Assembly: GCA_964434935.1 (NCBI GenBank)
Contig: CAYSWS010000004.1
Coordinates: 1-54,436 of the forward strand
Direction: 5' to 3'
Length of the DNA stretch: 54,436 nucleotides
Source: an uncultured Candidatus Saccharibacteria bacterium
Lineage (GTDB): Bacteria; Patescibacteriota; WWE3; UBA101185; UBA10185
A program made the translations under genes and the position numbers. The notes under the pieces are model-generated. The model worked only from the letters and a program-made list of their open reading frames with translations. It was not told where the DNA came from and ran no database searches. Every line of letters starts with the position of its first letter. The stretch's first letter is position 1. Positions 18,444 through 27,924 of the stretch are shown here, piece after piece.

Positions 18444-18911
18444 ATGAGAGCCAAGAGAGCCAAGAAGAGATCCATAACACCCGATCCCATTTATAAATCC
18501 AAGGTTGTGAGCCGCATGATAAATGTGGTTATGCTGGATGGTAAAAAGAGCACGGCGGAAAAGATAGTTTACTCCGCTTTAGCCAAACTGTCCGAAGATA
18601 GAAAAGAAGCTTTAAAAATGTTCGAACAAGCCGTAAAGACCGTTATGCCTACGCAGGAAGTGAGATCAAGAAGGGTCGGCGGTGCTACTTATCAAGTTCC
18701 CTATCCTCTTAAACATGACAGATCCGAAGCGCTGGCGGTAAGATGGCTGGTGTGGGCAGCCAGAAAAAAGCAAGGTACTGACATGGTGGTCAGGCTTCAC
18801 AAAGAGCTCAAGGATGCTTACGAAGGTATTGGCGACGCGGTGAAAAAAAGAGATGAAACACACAAGTCAGCGGAATCAAACAGAGCGTTTGCCCACTTTG
18901 CTCGGTTTTAG
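18444..18911 (+). CDS. rpsG: 30S ribosomal protein S7
   Basis: DPIYKSKVVSRMINVVMLDGKKSTAEKIVY and RRVGGATYQVP motifs, in the str operon position. Confidence 0.97.
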   Translation: MRAKRAKKRSITPDPIYKSKVVSRMINVVMLDGKKSTAEKIVYSALAKLSEDRKEALKMFEQAVKTVMPTQEVRSRRVGGATYQVPYPLKHDRSEALAVRWLVWAARKKQGTDMVVRLHKELKDAYEGIGDAVKKRDETHKSAESNRAFAHFARF

Positions 18912-18962
18912 TATCATGAAATTCTGGACGCCAGCAGCAGTATTTTCAAGCTAAGTATAAAT

Positions 18963-21050
18963 ATGGCCGAAATAAAACAACCGACAACAGAATATCCCAT
19001 GGACAGAATAAGGAATATTGGTATTATTGCGCATATTGATGCCGGCAAGACCACCACCACCGAAAGTATCCTTTTTTACACCGGAAAAACCCACAAAATA
19101 GGCGAAGTCCATACCGGCGATACGCAGATGGACTGGATGGAACAAGAGAGAGAGCGCGGCATTACCATTACCAGCGCAGCCACGACCTGTTTTTGGCAGG
19201 ATCACAGGATCAACATCATTGATACACCCGGTCATGTTGACTTCACAGCCGAGGTTGAGAGGTCTCTGAGGGTCCTGGACGGGGCTGTAGTGGTCTTTGA
19301 CGGCAAAATGGGAGTAGAACCTCAATCTGAGACGGTATGGAGGCAGGCAAACAAATATGGCGTTCCCCGAGTTTGTTTTATAAATAAGATAAACCAAATG
19401 GGTGGAGATTTTTATAAAAGCTTGGAATCCATAAGGAAAAAACTTAGTCCCAAAGCCTATCCTATACATTTGCCCATCGGGTTCGAGAAAGAGCTTATTG
19501 GCAATGTGGACCTGGTGACTATGAAGGGTTACGTTTACAGCGATCTCAAACAGGACAAGTTCGATGAAATAGAGATACCGGAGGACATGAAGGAAAAGGC
19601 CTTGCAATATAGGCAGGAACTGATCGAAGCCGCCGTGGAATATGACGACGCTCTTATGGAAAAGTTTTTAAATGATCATGAACTAACCGAAGAAGAGATC
19701 AAGCATTGTGTCAGAAAAGCTACCCTTACAGGCGCGTTCTTCCCGGTGTTTGGCGGAGACGGCCGAGGCGCTCCGGCTATGTGGGTCTTGAATGCTGTAG
19801 TAGACTACCTGCCCTCACCTCCGGATGTGGAAAATGTGGTAGCCACGCGCCTTGATACCAAAGAATCATACGTGCTGGATGAGACTGAGGATGAGCCTTT
19901 TGCCGCCTTGGCCTTTAAGATCCAGACTGATCCTTACGTGGGCAGGCTAACCTACATCAGAGTCTATGCCGGTAAATTGGCTGCCGGTTCTTACGTTATG
20001 AATTCCACTAAGGGAAATAAGGAAAGAGTTGGCAGATTATTGCTTATGCACGCTAACCACAGGGAAGATATCAAAGAGATCAAAGCCGGGGAAATTGCCG
20101 CTGTCATAGGCTTAAGCGACACGACTACCGGTGACACTCTTTGCGATGAAAGTCATCAGGTACTGCTGGAGTCCATAACTTTTGCCGAACCGGTCATTGG
20201 TGTAGTCATCGAACCTAAGACCAAAGGCGACCGCGATAAGCTGGGCGAAGTGTTAAAGAAATTCATCGAGGAAGATCCTACCCTAAAGGTCAAATCAGAC
20301 GCGGAGACCGGTGAAACATTATTGTACGGTATGGGTGAGCTGCACTTGGAGATCATTGTTGATCGCATGAGAAGAGAATTCAACGTTGAGGTCAATACGG
20401 GCAAACCTCAAGTGGCTTACCGGGAAACTATCAAAAAGAAGGTTAGCGCTGAAAATAAATACATTAGACAATCAGGTGGTAGAGGTCAGTATGGCCACGT
20501 GCTTATTACCATGGAACCTTTGGAGAGAGGTCAGGGTCTGGAATTCGAAGATAAGATCGTAGGCGGTGCTATTCCCAAAGAATATATTCCGGGTGTGGAA
20601 AAAGGTATCAAGGAAGCAGCCGAAAGTGGCGGTATCGCCGGATATCCGGTGACGGACATCAAGGTTACTCTGTATGATGGGTCTTTCCATGAGGTCGATT
20701 CGTCAGAGTTGGCTTTTAAGATGGCGGCCATAGGGGCTTTTAGGGATGCCCAGAGAAGAGGAGATACTTATCTTCTTGAACCTATCATGAGCCTGGAAGT
20801 TATCGCTCCGGAAGAATTTATGGGAGATATTATAGGCAATATTGCTTCCAAAAGAGGGAAAGTGGAAAATACTAAGATGGAGGGCACATCCGTCATTATT
20901 GATGCTAAGGTGCCTTTGGGCGAAATGTTCGGATATGCCACGGAATTAAGAGGATTAACTCAAGGCAGAGCAGGCTTTACCATGGAGCCAAGCCACTATG
21001 AAGAAGTACCATCCCAGATCACAGAAGAGATAGTTAAAGGAAAGTCTTGA
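18963..21050 (+). CDS. fusA: Elongation factor G
   Basis: [28 protein letters not shown] and the full five-domain length (695 aa). Confidence 0.97.
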   Translation: MAEIKQPTTEYPMDRIRNIGIIAHIDAGKTTTTESILFYTGKTHKIGEVHTGDTQMDWMEQERERGITITSAATTCFWQDHRINIIDTPGHVDFTAEVERSLRVLDGAVVVFDGKMGVEPQSETVWRQANKYGVPRVCFINKINQMGGDFYKSLESIRKKLSPKAYPIHLPIGFEKELIGNVDLVTMKGYVYSDLKQDKFDEIEIPEDMKEKALQYRQELIEAAVEYDDALMEKFLNDHELTEEEIKHCVRKATLTGAFFPVFGGDGRGAPAMWVLNAVVDYLPSPPDVENVVATRLDTKESYVLDETEDEPFAALAFKIQTDPYVGRLTYIRVYAGKLAAGSYVMNSTKGNKERVGRLLLMHANHREDIKEIKAGEIAAVIGLSDTTTGDTLCDESHQVLLESITFAEPVIGVVIEPKTKGDRDKLGEVLKKFIEEDPTLKVKSDAETGETLLYGMGELHLEIIVDRMRREFNVEVNTGKPQVAYRETIKKKVSAENKYIRQSGGRGQYGHVLITMEPLERGQGLEFEDKIVGGAIPKEYIPGVEKGIKEAAESGGIAGYPVTDIKVTLYDGSFHEVDSSELAFKMAAIGAFRDAQRRGDTYLLEPIMSLEVIAPEEFMGDIIGNIASKRGKVENTKMEGTSVIIDAKVPLGEMFGYATELRGLTQGRAGFTMEPSHYEEVPSQITEEIVKGKS

Positions 21051-21080
21051 TTTTAATAGCTTTTTTTGGTTAACTACCTC

Positions 21081-21089
21081 TGCTAAAAT
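21081..21089 (+). promoter_or_regulatory. Extended -10 element TGcTAAAAT upstream of tuf
   Basis: It sits in the 79-bp fusA-tuf spacer, followed by a leader of about 35 nt with an AAAGGA SD. Confidence 0.35.
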
Positions 21090-21129
21090 TTGTAATTAAT
21101 TATTTATTTAGTTTCGAAAGGAAAAAAAT

Positions 21130-22308
21130 ATGGCTGAATTTAAAAGAACAAAGCCGCACGTCAATATTGGTACTATCGGCCATGTTGATCACGGTAAAAC
21201 TACTTTAACAGCGGCTATCACCAAAGTGCTTTCCGAGAAGGGCCTCTCCGACTACTGGAAATTCGAAGATATCGATAAGGCTCCAGAAGAGAGGGAAAGA
21301 GGGATCACAATTAATATTACTCACGTTGAGTATGAAACAGAAAATAGGCATTACGCCCACATTGACTGTCCGGGACATGCTGACTACATCAAGAACATGA
21401 TCACCGGAGCCGCTCAAGTGGACGGGGCTATCTTAGTTGTTTCCGCGCCTGATGGTCCTATGCCTCAGACCAGAGAGCACATTCTACTGGCCAAGCAAGT
21501 AAATGTACCGGCTATTGTTGTCTTTATGAACAAAGTCGATATGGTTCAGGACCCTGAGATCTTGGACCTGGTGGAACTTGAGGTGAGGGAACTTCTCACC
21601 AAATACGGTTTCCCGGGCGATGAGATACCCATCATCAGAGGCTCAGCTTTGAAAGCTCTGGAGGGAGATCCCGAGAGCGTAAAAGCTATTGAGGAGCTCA
21701 TGAAGGCTGTAGATGAATATATTCCTACACCAAAAAGAGACCTGGATAAACCATTTTTGATGCCGGTGGAAGATGTTTTTTCCATCAAAGGCAGAGGTAC
21801 AGTGGCTACAGGCAGGATAGAAAGAGGTGTGGTCACGCTCAATGAAGAGGTAGAGATCGTAGGTATAAAGGACACCACCAAGACAGTGGTTACCGGTGTG
21901 GAAATGTTCAAGAAGCAGCTTAAAGAAGGCCAGGCCGGAGATAACGTGGGCATATTGCTCAGAGGTATCGACAGGGAAGATATAGAAAGAGGCCAAGTTT
22001 TGGCCAAGCCGGGAACGATCACTCCTCACAGTGATTTTGAAGCCCAGGTCTATGTTCTTTCCAAAGAAGAAGGCGGAAGGCACAAACAATTCTTCAGCGG
22101 TTACAGACCCCAGTTTTATTTGAGGACTACCGACGTTACGGGTGAGATCACCTTACCTGACGGAGTGGAGATGGTCATGCCGGGTGACAACGTCAAAATG
22201 ACGGTCAAGCTCATTACCCCGGTTGCCATGGAAGAAGGTTTGAAATTTGCTATTAGAGAAGGTGGCCATACGGTTGGAGCTGGCTCTATTACCAAAGTAC
22301 TTAAGTAA
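21130..22308 (+). CDS. tuf: Elongation factor Tu
   Basis: [27 protein letters not shown], 392 aa. Confidence 0.98.
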   Translation: MAEFKRTKPHVNIGTIGHVDHGKTTLTAAITKVLSEKGLSDYWKFEDIDKAPEERERGITINITHVEYETENRHYAHIDCPGHADYIKNMITGAAQVDGAILVVSAPDGPMPQTREHILLAKQVNVPAIVVFMNKVDMVQDPEILDLVELEVRELLTKYGFPGDEIPIIRGSALKALEGDPESVKAIEELMKAVDEYIPTPKRDLDKPFLMPVEDVFSIKGRGTVATGRIERGVVTLNEEVEIVGIKDTTKTVVTGVEMFKKQLKEGQAGDNVGILLRGIDREDIERGQVLAKPGTITPHSDFEAQVYVLSKEEGGRHKQFFSGYRPQFYLRTTDVTGEITLPDGVEMVMPGDNVKMTVKLITPVAMEEGLKFAIREGGHTVGAGSITKVLK

Positions 22309-22324
22309 CTGAGTCAACGAAGTT

Positions 22325-22351
22325 AAAGGGCGGCGCGTAGCGCCGCCCTTT
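22325..22351 (+). terminator. Perfect 12-bp GC-rich hairpin between tuf and rpsJ (attenuator or processing/stability element)
   Basis: AAAGGGCGGCGC (22325-22336), loop GTA, GCGCCGCCCTTT (22340-22351). Only three T follow. The hairpin ends 2 nt before ATG 22354. Confidence 0.45.
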
Positions 22352-22353
22352 AA

Positions 22354-22683
22354 ATGTCTATTATGGCAAAGCAGGGCAAAGAAACAAAGATCAGGATCAA
22401 GCTCAATTCTTATGATAGTCGTATCATAGACCTGAGTTGTTCCAAGATAGTAGATACGGTCATCAGAACCGGAGCTAAGGTTGTAGGACCGGTACCCTTG
22501 CCCACCAGAAAGGAAAGGTTCACTGTCATTAGAGGACCGCATATTGATAAGAGATCGAGAGAGCAATTTGAATTAAGGACACACAAAAGGGTCATCGATG
22601 TCATAGACCCGACCAGTTCAACCGTAGACAGTTTGTCCAGGTTGAACTTGCCTGCGGGAGTGGGTATTTCGATAAAAATGTGA
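22354..22683 (+). CDS. rpsJ: 30S ribosomal protein S10
   Basis: [24 protein letters not shown]...GPVPLPT...[19 protein letters not shown] second in-frame ATG lies at 22363. Confidence 0.96.
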   Translation: MSIMAKQGKETKIRIKLNSYDSRIIDLSCSKIVDTVIRTGAKVVGPVPLPTRKERFTVIRGPHIDKRSREQFELRTHKRVIDVIDPTSSTVDSLSRLNLPAGVGISIKM

Positions 22684-22714
22684 TGCATTTTGGAATGCTA
22701 CTTATGGAAAATCT

Positions 22715-22723
22715 TGATATAAT
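22715..22723 (+). promoter_or_regulatory. Consensus extended -10 element TGaTATAAT inside the rpsJ-rplC spacer
   Basis: TG at 22715-22716 and TATAAT at 22718-22723. No good -35 element. Confidence 0.4.
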
Positions 22724-22780
22724 GCAAGTTGTGTCAGAAAAAAGTTAATAAAAAATAAAACTTGGATCAAGCTCAAAAGC

Positions 22781-22807
22781 AAGAGCGCTCCAAGAGCGCT
22801 TTTTTTT
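22781..22807 (+). terminator. Rho-independent terminator-like hairpin inside the S10 operon
   Basis: AAGAGCGC (22781-22788) pairs with GCGCTTTT (22796-22803) as an 8-bp stem with one G-U pair and a 7-nt loop. It runs into a stretch of 8 T (22800-22807). Confidence 0.55.
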
Positions 22808-22859
22808 ATTGAACGCAAGCGAAATAAAAAAGAGCTTTTAGAAGAAAAGACTTAGTTTG

Positions 22860-23291
22860 ATGGAGAAAACAATAAAAGGAAAAAAAGTTAAAATGACTCA
22901 GATCTTCATGGATGACGGGAAAGTTGTGCCTGTCACCATTATCAAAGCTGAGGACGAACTGGGTCAGGACCTCATGAACAAACATGTGGTAGTGGTAGGT
23001 AAGTCAAAGGGTAAGGGTTTTGCCGGAGTTATGAAGAAATGGGGATTTAAAGGGGGCAGCAGGACCAGAGGTCAAAAAGACACTCCCAGATCCGGCGGCT
23101 CGATCGGTTCACAGACACCGGGCAGGGTTTTTAAAGGAAAAAAGATGGCCGGGCGCATGGGCGGGAACAAGATAACTTTGAGGGGCCTTAAGATCGTGGG
23201 CGTTTCTGAAGCTGACCACGAGTTTATGTTGTCAGGTCCCGTTCCGGGCTCGAGGAATTCGTTATTAAAAGTTAAGATCATAGAAAAATAA
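22860..23291 (+). CDS. rplC: 50S ribosomal protein L3, unusually short (143 aa)
   Basis: The N-terminus KGKKVKMTQIFMDDGKVVPVTIIKAE and the SKGKGFAGVMKKWGF...GSIGSQTPGRVFKGKKMAGRMG core are both present, but the ~60-aa segment that normally separates them is absent. A TTG at 22857 is also in frame. Confidence 0.9.
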   Translation: MEKTIKGKKVKMTQIFMDDGKVVPVTIIKAEDELGQDLMNKHVVVVGKSKGKGFAGVMKKWGFKGGSRTRGQKDTPRSGGSIGSQTPGRVFKGKKMAGRMGGNKITLRGLKIVGVSEADHEFMLSGPVPGSRNSLLKVKIIEK

Positions 23292-23292
23292 T

Positions 23293-23913
23293 ATGAAACT
23301 GGATGTAGTAGATAACAATGGAAAAAAGATCGAAGATTTGAACTTGGAGAAGGAAGTGTTCGGTCAAAAATATAATAAAGACCTATTATCGCAATATATT
23401 AATGTTTTTAAGACTAATCAAAGACAGGGTACTTCTGCCGCCAAGACCAGGGCTGAGGTATCCGGTGGTGGTAAGAAGCCGTGGAGACAGAAGGGTACAG
23501 GTAGGGCCAGGCACGGTTCTATAAGGAGCCCAATATGGTCCAAAGGTGGCGTGGCCCACGGTCCGAAACCTTCGACGTATTCGCTCAGCCTGCCTAAAAG
23601 TATGAAGAAGAGAGCTATGCAAAGCGCTTTGTCATTTAAGGTATCCGAGGGAGAGGTCAAGGTCATTAATGAGATAAAAATGACCAAACCTAGCACTAAA
23701 AATATGAAAGAACTATTGGACAAAATAAATTTAGCGGATAAAACGTTGGTGGTGACAGAAAAACCTGATATTATCATCCAAAAAAGTATGGCTAACTTGC
23801 CCAAAGCCAAAGTTGTTTTTGCCGATATGCTGAATATTTATGACCTGCTTGATGCTGTGGATGTGCTGTTCGAAAAGAATGCCCTCATAAATTTACAAAA
23901 GAAGTATAAATGA
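23293..23913 (+). CDS. rplD: 50S ribosomal protein L4
   Basis: [34 protein letters not shown] motif, in the S10 operon position. Confidence 0.97.
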   Translation: [206 protein letters not shown]

Positions 23914-24197
23914 GATTAAATAACATCATAGAAAAACCAATAATGACGGAGAAGACCATGGCCTTAGAAGCTGACGGCAAGTATGTGTTCCGGGTCAACA
24001 CCAAAGCGTCCAAAGGTGCTGTGGCCAACGAAGTGGGGCGCCTATACGGCGTGGAAGTTTTAAATGTTTCTACCATGATAATGTCAGGCAAAAAAAGAAG
24101 GGTCATAGGTACCAGACTCTTTACCAAAACGAAAAAATGGAAAAAAGCCATAGTCAAGGTAAAACCGGGACAGAAAATTGAACTGGTTGGTAAGTAA
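23910..24197 (+). CDS. rplW: 50S ribosomal protein L23
   Basis: IIEKPIMTEKTMALEADGKYVFRVNTKASKGAVANEV...; 4-nt overlap with rplD. Confidence 0.95.
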   Translation: MRLNNIIEKPIMTEKTMALEADGKYVFRVNTKASKGAVANEVGRLYGVEVLNVSTMIMSGKKRRVIGTRLFTKTKKWKKAIVKVKPGQKIELVGK

Positions 24198-24210
24198 GGA
24201 GCTAAAAACA

Positions 24211-25035
24211 ATGATAAAAACGTACAACCCTACAAGTCCGGGCATAAGATCAAGAAAAACCCTCATTAGGGATGTTGACGATGTGAAGCCCCATAAAAAA
24301 CTCACCAAGGCTGCCAAAGGCACAGTAGGAAGAAATAACGGTAGGATCTCTGTCAGGCATAGGGAAAGAGGCGCTAAGAGAAACTACAGGATCATTGATT
24401 TCAAGAGAGATAAGCACGGCATCCCCGGCAAAGTAGCTACTATAGAGCACGATCCTAACAGAGGATGCAATATTGCTTTGATACACTATACAGATGGGGA
24501 AAAAAGGTATATTTTAGCACCTGAAGGTCTAAAAAGAGGTATGGAGGTGCAGTCCGGAGAAAATGTCTCGGTGGAGGTAGGTAATGCCTTGCCTTTGCAT
24601 AAGATCCCGTTGAGCACCAAGATCCACAATCTGGAGATGAGCCCGGGAAGAGGGGGTCAAATAGCCAGAGGCGCCGGTAATTATGCCATGATCATGGCCA
24701 TAGAGGGTAACTACGCCAATGTTAAGCTTCCCAGCGGTGAGGTGAGAAAGATCCTCAGAAATTGCTACGCCACTATAGGTGACCTGAGCAATGCTGATCT
24801 GCGACACACCAGGACCGGTAAAGCGGGAAAGAGCAGACATCTGGGTTGGCGGCCGGCTGTAAGGGGTGTGGCTATGGGAACTGAAGCCCATCCTCATGGC
24901 GGATCTTATTCGGATACCGGAATTGGCATGCCGTCGCCTAAGACTCCTTGGGGTCAAAAGACCCGGGGTAAAAAGACGAGAAAAAGGAAAAATACTGATA
25001 AATTTATTATAAAAAGAAAGACCAAAAGGAAATAA
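24211..25035 (+). CDS. rplB: 50S ribosomal protein L2
   Basis: [14 protein letters not shown] start preceded by an AAGGAG SD, plus [18 protein letters not shown] and HPHGGS motifs. The ORF-track start at 24178 is rejected. Confidence 0.97.
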   Translation: MIKTYNPTSPGIRSRKTLIRDVDDVKPHKKLTKAAKGTVGRNNGRISVRHRERGAKRNYRIIDFKRDKHGIPGKVATIEHDPNRGCNIALIHYTDGEKRYILAPEGLKRGMEVQSGENVSVEVGNALPLHKIPLSTKIHNLEMSPGRGGQIARGAGNYAMIMAIEGNYANVKLPSGEVRKILRNCYATIGDLSNADLRHTRTGKAGKSRHLGWRPAVRGVAMGTEAHPHGGSYSDTGIGMPSPKTPWGQKTRGKKTRKRKNTDKFIIKRKTKRK

Positions 25036-25037
25036 AT

Positions 25038-25307
25038 ATGTCTAGGTCGCTAAAAAAAGGAATTTTTGTGGACGAAAAGCTGCAAGAAAAAATAAGCAAA
25101 GTCTTGGAGTCAGGAAAAAAGACCCCCATAAAAACATGGTCCAGAAGATCAACTATTACACCGGAAATGGTGGGCCTGACCTTTGAGGTCCATGACGGCA
25201 GAAAGCACGTATCTGTTTATGTGGTTGAGTCTATGGTAGGTCATAGGTTGGGGGAGTTCGCTCCTACCAGAACATTTAGAGGCCACTCTTCGAAGAAAGT
25301 TATGTAA
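25038..25307 (+). CDS. rpsS: 30S ribosomal protein S19
   Basis: [12 protein letters not shown]...[25 protein letters not shown]...[13 protein letters not shown]. Confidence 0.97.
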   Translation: MSRSLKKGIFVDEKLQEKISKVLESGKKTPIKTWSRRSTITPEMVGLTFEVHDGRKHVSVYVVESMVGHRLGEFAPTRTFRGHSSKKVM

Positions 25308-25312
25308 ATATT

Positions 25313-25708
25313 ATGAATAAAGCCTTGGTTTACGCAAAACATAATAAAGCCGGGATAGCTCCTAAAAAAGTGGCTATTATGATGGACCTGGTCAGAGGCG
25401 AACCCTTAATTAATGCCAAGAAGAGGCTGGCTTTTGATCCTACCAAAGCGGCTAAAATTATCTTGAAAGTTGTAAGATCGGCGGAGACCAATGCCAAGAA
25501 CAATCACAACTTGGACCCCAAGAATTTGTTCATATCGGAAATTTATGTTAACCAGGGCAAAGTGCAAAAGTGGGGGCATCCTACGGCCAGAGGCAAGTTT
25601 AGCCCACAACTCAGAAGGACAAGCCACATCATAGTCGGTCTATCACCCAAAGAGGAAGAGAAAACTGAAGAGAAAAAGCATAAAAGTTTACTAAGGAGAA
25701 AGAAATAA
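25313..25708 (+). CDS. rplV: 50S ribosomal protein L22
   Basis: GIAPKKVAIMMDLVRGEPLINAK..., a Lys/Glu-rich C-terminal tail, and operon position. Confidence 0.95.
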   Translation: MNKALVYAKHNKAGIAPKKVAIMMDLVRGEPLINAKKRLAFDPTKAAKIILKVVRSAETNAKNNHNLDPKNLFISEIYVNQGKVQKWGHPTARGKFSPQLRRTSHIIVGLSPKEEEKTEEKKHKSLLRRKK

Positions 25709-25709
25709 C

Positions 25710-26345
25710 ATGGGTCAGAAGATTCACCCTTTTGGGTTTAGATTAGGTATAACTAAAGATTGGAAATCAAGATGGACCAGCAGTAGGAAAGATTTTCCCA
25801 GACTTCTGTTCGAAGATTTCAAGATCAGGCAGTTTCTTGACGATAAGTTAGATATTGCCGGATTAAAATCGATAGATATTGAGAGATCTGTCAATGAAGT
25901 CAAGATCACAGTCAAAGTTTCCAAGCCCGGTATAGTCATAGGCAGATCAGGTGCGGGAATAGAGGCTTTGGAGAAAGAATTAAAAGGCATCACCTCTGAC
26001 AAACTTAAGATCACGGTCGAAGAAATAAAGACGCCTGAGATGGAAGCCGCCTTAGTGGCGCAGTACATTTGTCGACAACTAAAAAGAAGGATCCCTGCCA
26101 GAAGAGTGGCTAATGCGGCCATAAACACGGCTGTAGACAAAGGTGTTAAAGGCATAAAGATCCAAATAAAAGGTTTACTGAGTGGCAGTAACACTATTGC
26201 CAGGACCGAGAACTTTAAGCACGGACCAGTGCCCCTACAGACTTTGAGGGCTGACATTGATTATGCGCAGATCAGTTGCAAGTTGCTTTTTGGAACCGTG
26301 GGGATAAAAGTTTGGATCTATAAGGGTGAGGAAGAGATCAAATAA
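25710..26345 (+). CDS. rpsC: 30S ribosomal protein S3
   Basis: MGQKIHPFGFRLGITKDWKSRW and the KH-domain GIVIGRSGAGIE. Confidence 0.97.
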   Translation: MGQKIHPFGFRLGITKDWKSRWTSSRKDFPRLLFEDFKIRQFLDDKLDIAGLKSIDIERSVNEVKITVKVSKPGIVIGRSGAGIEALEKELKGITSDKLKITVEEIKTPEMEAALVAQYICRQLKRRIPARRVANAAINTAVDKGVKGIKIQIKGLLSGSNTIARTENFKHGPVPLQTLRADIDYAQISCKLLFGTVGIKVWIYKGEEEIK

Positions 26346-26357
26346 AGGAAAAAAACT

Positions 26358-26774
26358 ATGTTAATGCCAAAAAAAGTAAAATTTAGGAAACATCAAAGGG
26401 GAACCAACAAGGGTATAGCTACCCGTGGTGCTACCATTTCCTTTGGCGATTACGCCCTGAAAGCTGAAGATAGGGGCCTTGTGACCTCCAGGCAGATAGA
26501 AGCGGCCAGAAAGGCCATCTCTCACAAGACCAAAAGAGGAGGCAAGTTGTGGATAAGGATATTCCCTCATAAATCTGTTTCCAAAAAACCACAAGAAACA
26601 AGGATGGGAAGTGGTAAATCTCCTCCGGACCACTTTGCTGCTGTGGTCAAGCCGGGAAAGATCATTTTTGAGATGTCGGGTGTGACTGAGGACATTGCCA
26701 AGGCAGCCTTCAGAAGGGCGGCCGATAAGCTACCTCTAAAAACAAGATTCATTTCCAGAGAGGAGTTGTTGTAG
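26358..26774 (+). CDS. rplP: 50S ribosomal protein L16
   Basis: [15 protein letters not shown]... and [11 protein letters not shown] motif. Confidence 0.97.
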   Translation: MLMPKKVKFRKHQRGTNKGIATRGATISFGDYALKAEDRGLVTSRQIEAARKAISHKTKRGGKLWIRIFPHKSVSKKPQETRMGSGKSPPDHFAAVVKPGKIIFEMSGVTEDIAKAAFRRAADKLPLKTRFISREELL

Positions 26775-26776
26775 TC

Positions 26777-26986
26777 ATGCTAGCCAAAGATCTGAGAAAC
26801 AAAAATCGTGATGAGCTGAAAAAGATCTTGTTGGAACATCAAGGCAACCTGGAGAAGTATATGCACGATGTTTATAAGGGAAAAGAAAAAGATGTCTCAA
26901 AAACGAGCAGACAAAGGAAAGATCTAGCCAGGATAAGAACTGTCCTGGCAGAAAAGAAATTTTTAGAGGAGGAGAAAAATGACTAA
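26777..26986 (+). CDS. rpmC: 50S ribosomal protein L29
   Basis: 69 aa, [15 protein letters not shown]..., between rplP and rpsQ. Confidence 0.93.
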   Translation: MLAKDLRNKNRDELKKILLEHQGNLEKYMHDVYKGKEKDVSKTSRQRKDLARIRTVLAEKKFLEEEKND

Positions 26987-27224
26987 AAAAAGATTAGTAG
27001 GTCTAGTGACCTCGACGAAGATGGATAAAACTGTTGTCATCAACGTGGAGACGGCTGAGAGACACAAGATGTATAAAAAACTTGTTTACAGCAATAAAAA
27101 ATACAAAGCCAGGAGTGATATGGATATTAAAATAGGCGATAGCGTGATGATAGAAGAATGTTCGCCTCTTTCCAAGACCGTGACCTGGAAAGTTGTTGAA
27201 AAGTTGGAAGAGGGGAATAATTAA
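26979..27224 (+). CDS. rpsQ: 30S ribosomal protein S17
   Basis: LVGLVTSTKMDKTVVINVE...HKMYKK...YKA, with an AGGAGGAG SD. Confidence 0.95.
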   Translation: MTKKRLVGLVTSTKMDKTVVINVETAERHKMYKKLVYSNKKYKARSDMDIKIGDSVMIEECSPLSKTVTWKVVEKLEEGNN

Positions 27225-27229
27225 GGGCC

Positions 27230-27598
27230 ATGATCCAGATTGGTACGCAGTTAGTTGTAGCCGATAATTCGGGGGCTAAAAAGCTCAAGGTTATTGGCGT
27301 ACCCGGGGGTTCGGGCAAGAGTTTTGCTACCGTGGGAGATATTGTCACAGCTGCTGTGAGCGGAGCTTCAGGTACCGGGGCTGTCAAAGATCATAGCATT
27401 GTTCAGGTGGTAATAGTGAGATGCAGAAAAGAAGTAAGGCGAAAAGACGGCAGCTACATCAGGTTTGATGATAACGCAGGTGTGGTGATAAACAAAGAAA
27501 AGCTCATGCTGGGAACAAGGATATTCGGACCAATTGCCAGAGAAATTAGAGACGCGGGATATTTGAAGATCGCTTCTTTAGCCAAGGAGGTTTGGTAA
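27230..27598 (+). CDS. rplN: 50S ribosomal protein L14
   Basis: MIQIGTQLVVADNSGAKKLKVIGV..., 122 aa. Confidence 0.97.
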   Translation: MIQIGTQLVVADNSGAKKLKVIGVPGGSGKSFATVGDIVTAAVSGASGTGAVKDHSIVQVVIVRCRKEVRRKDGSYIRFDDNAGVVINKEKLMLGTRIFGPIAREIRDAGYLKIASLAKEVW

Positions 27599-27609
27599 AA
27601 AGGCAGCTT

Positions 27610-27924
27610 ATGAAAATAAAAAAGGGCGACAAAGTTAAAATAATAGCAGGTAAGGATTCCGGAAAAGTGGGAGTTGTCCTCAGGGTATTGGTAAAAGAGA
27701 ATAAAGTGGTGGTAGAAGGTGTGAATGTTGTCAAAAAACATGTTAAGCCGGGAACCGTTTCCAAAGAAGGCGGAATTATTAAAAAAGAAAACCCCGTTCA
27801 CGTTTCTAATGTTATGTATATGGATACGGAGCTGGGAAAAGGTGTGAGATTGGGCAGTAAAGTCATCGATGGTAAAAAGTATCGCGTAAATAAAGCAAAT
27901 AACCAAGTTTTGGACGAAAAATGA
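27610..27924 (+). CDS. rplX: 50S ribosomal protein L24
   Basis: MKIKKGDKVKIIAGKDSGKVGVV (KOW motif). The ORF-track TTG start at 27592 overlaps rplN and is less likely. Confidence 0.93.
   Translation: MKIKKGDKVKIIAGKDSGKVGVVLRVLVKENKVVVEGVNVVKKHVKPGTVSKEGGIIKKENPVHVSNVMYMDTELGKGVRLGSKVIDGKKYRVNKANNQVLDEK

Noticed and set aside
18951-19607. 218-aa ORF on the minus strand
   Set aside because: It lies entirely antisense to the highly conserved 5' part of fusA. It has odd composition and no SD. It is a typical shadow ORF of a strongly codon-biased gene.
21546-22089. Two overlapping minus-strand ORFs (158 and 148 aa)
   Set aside because: Both are antisense to tuf, whose identity is unambiguous. 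They are shadow ORFs.
22860-23291. The idea that the short rplC is a pseudogene or an assembly frameshift
   Set aside because: A single open frame contains both the conserved N-terminus and the conserved core and C-terminus. The deletion is in-frame and internal, and no uL3-like sequence is encoded in the upstream spacer in any frame that I could read.
24178-24210. ORF-track N-terminal extensions (rplB from 24178, the GT-C gene from 41156, rplX from 27592, and TTG codons at 22857, 7457, 3474 and 10991)
   Set aside because: Downstream ATGs reproduce the canonical N-termini (for example [14 protein letters not shown] with an AAGGAG SD, and MKIKKGDKV). They also avoid long overlaps with upstream genes. 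The rpoB TTG at 10991 remains an open alternative.
25724-26257. 177-aa minus-strand ORF (similar cases at 24529-24957, 27454-27906, 33630-34058 and 1943-2380)
   Set aside because: All lie antisense inside confidently identified plus-strand genes (rpsC, rplB, rplN/rplX, the CAP protein, the yvcK-like gene).
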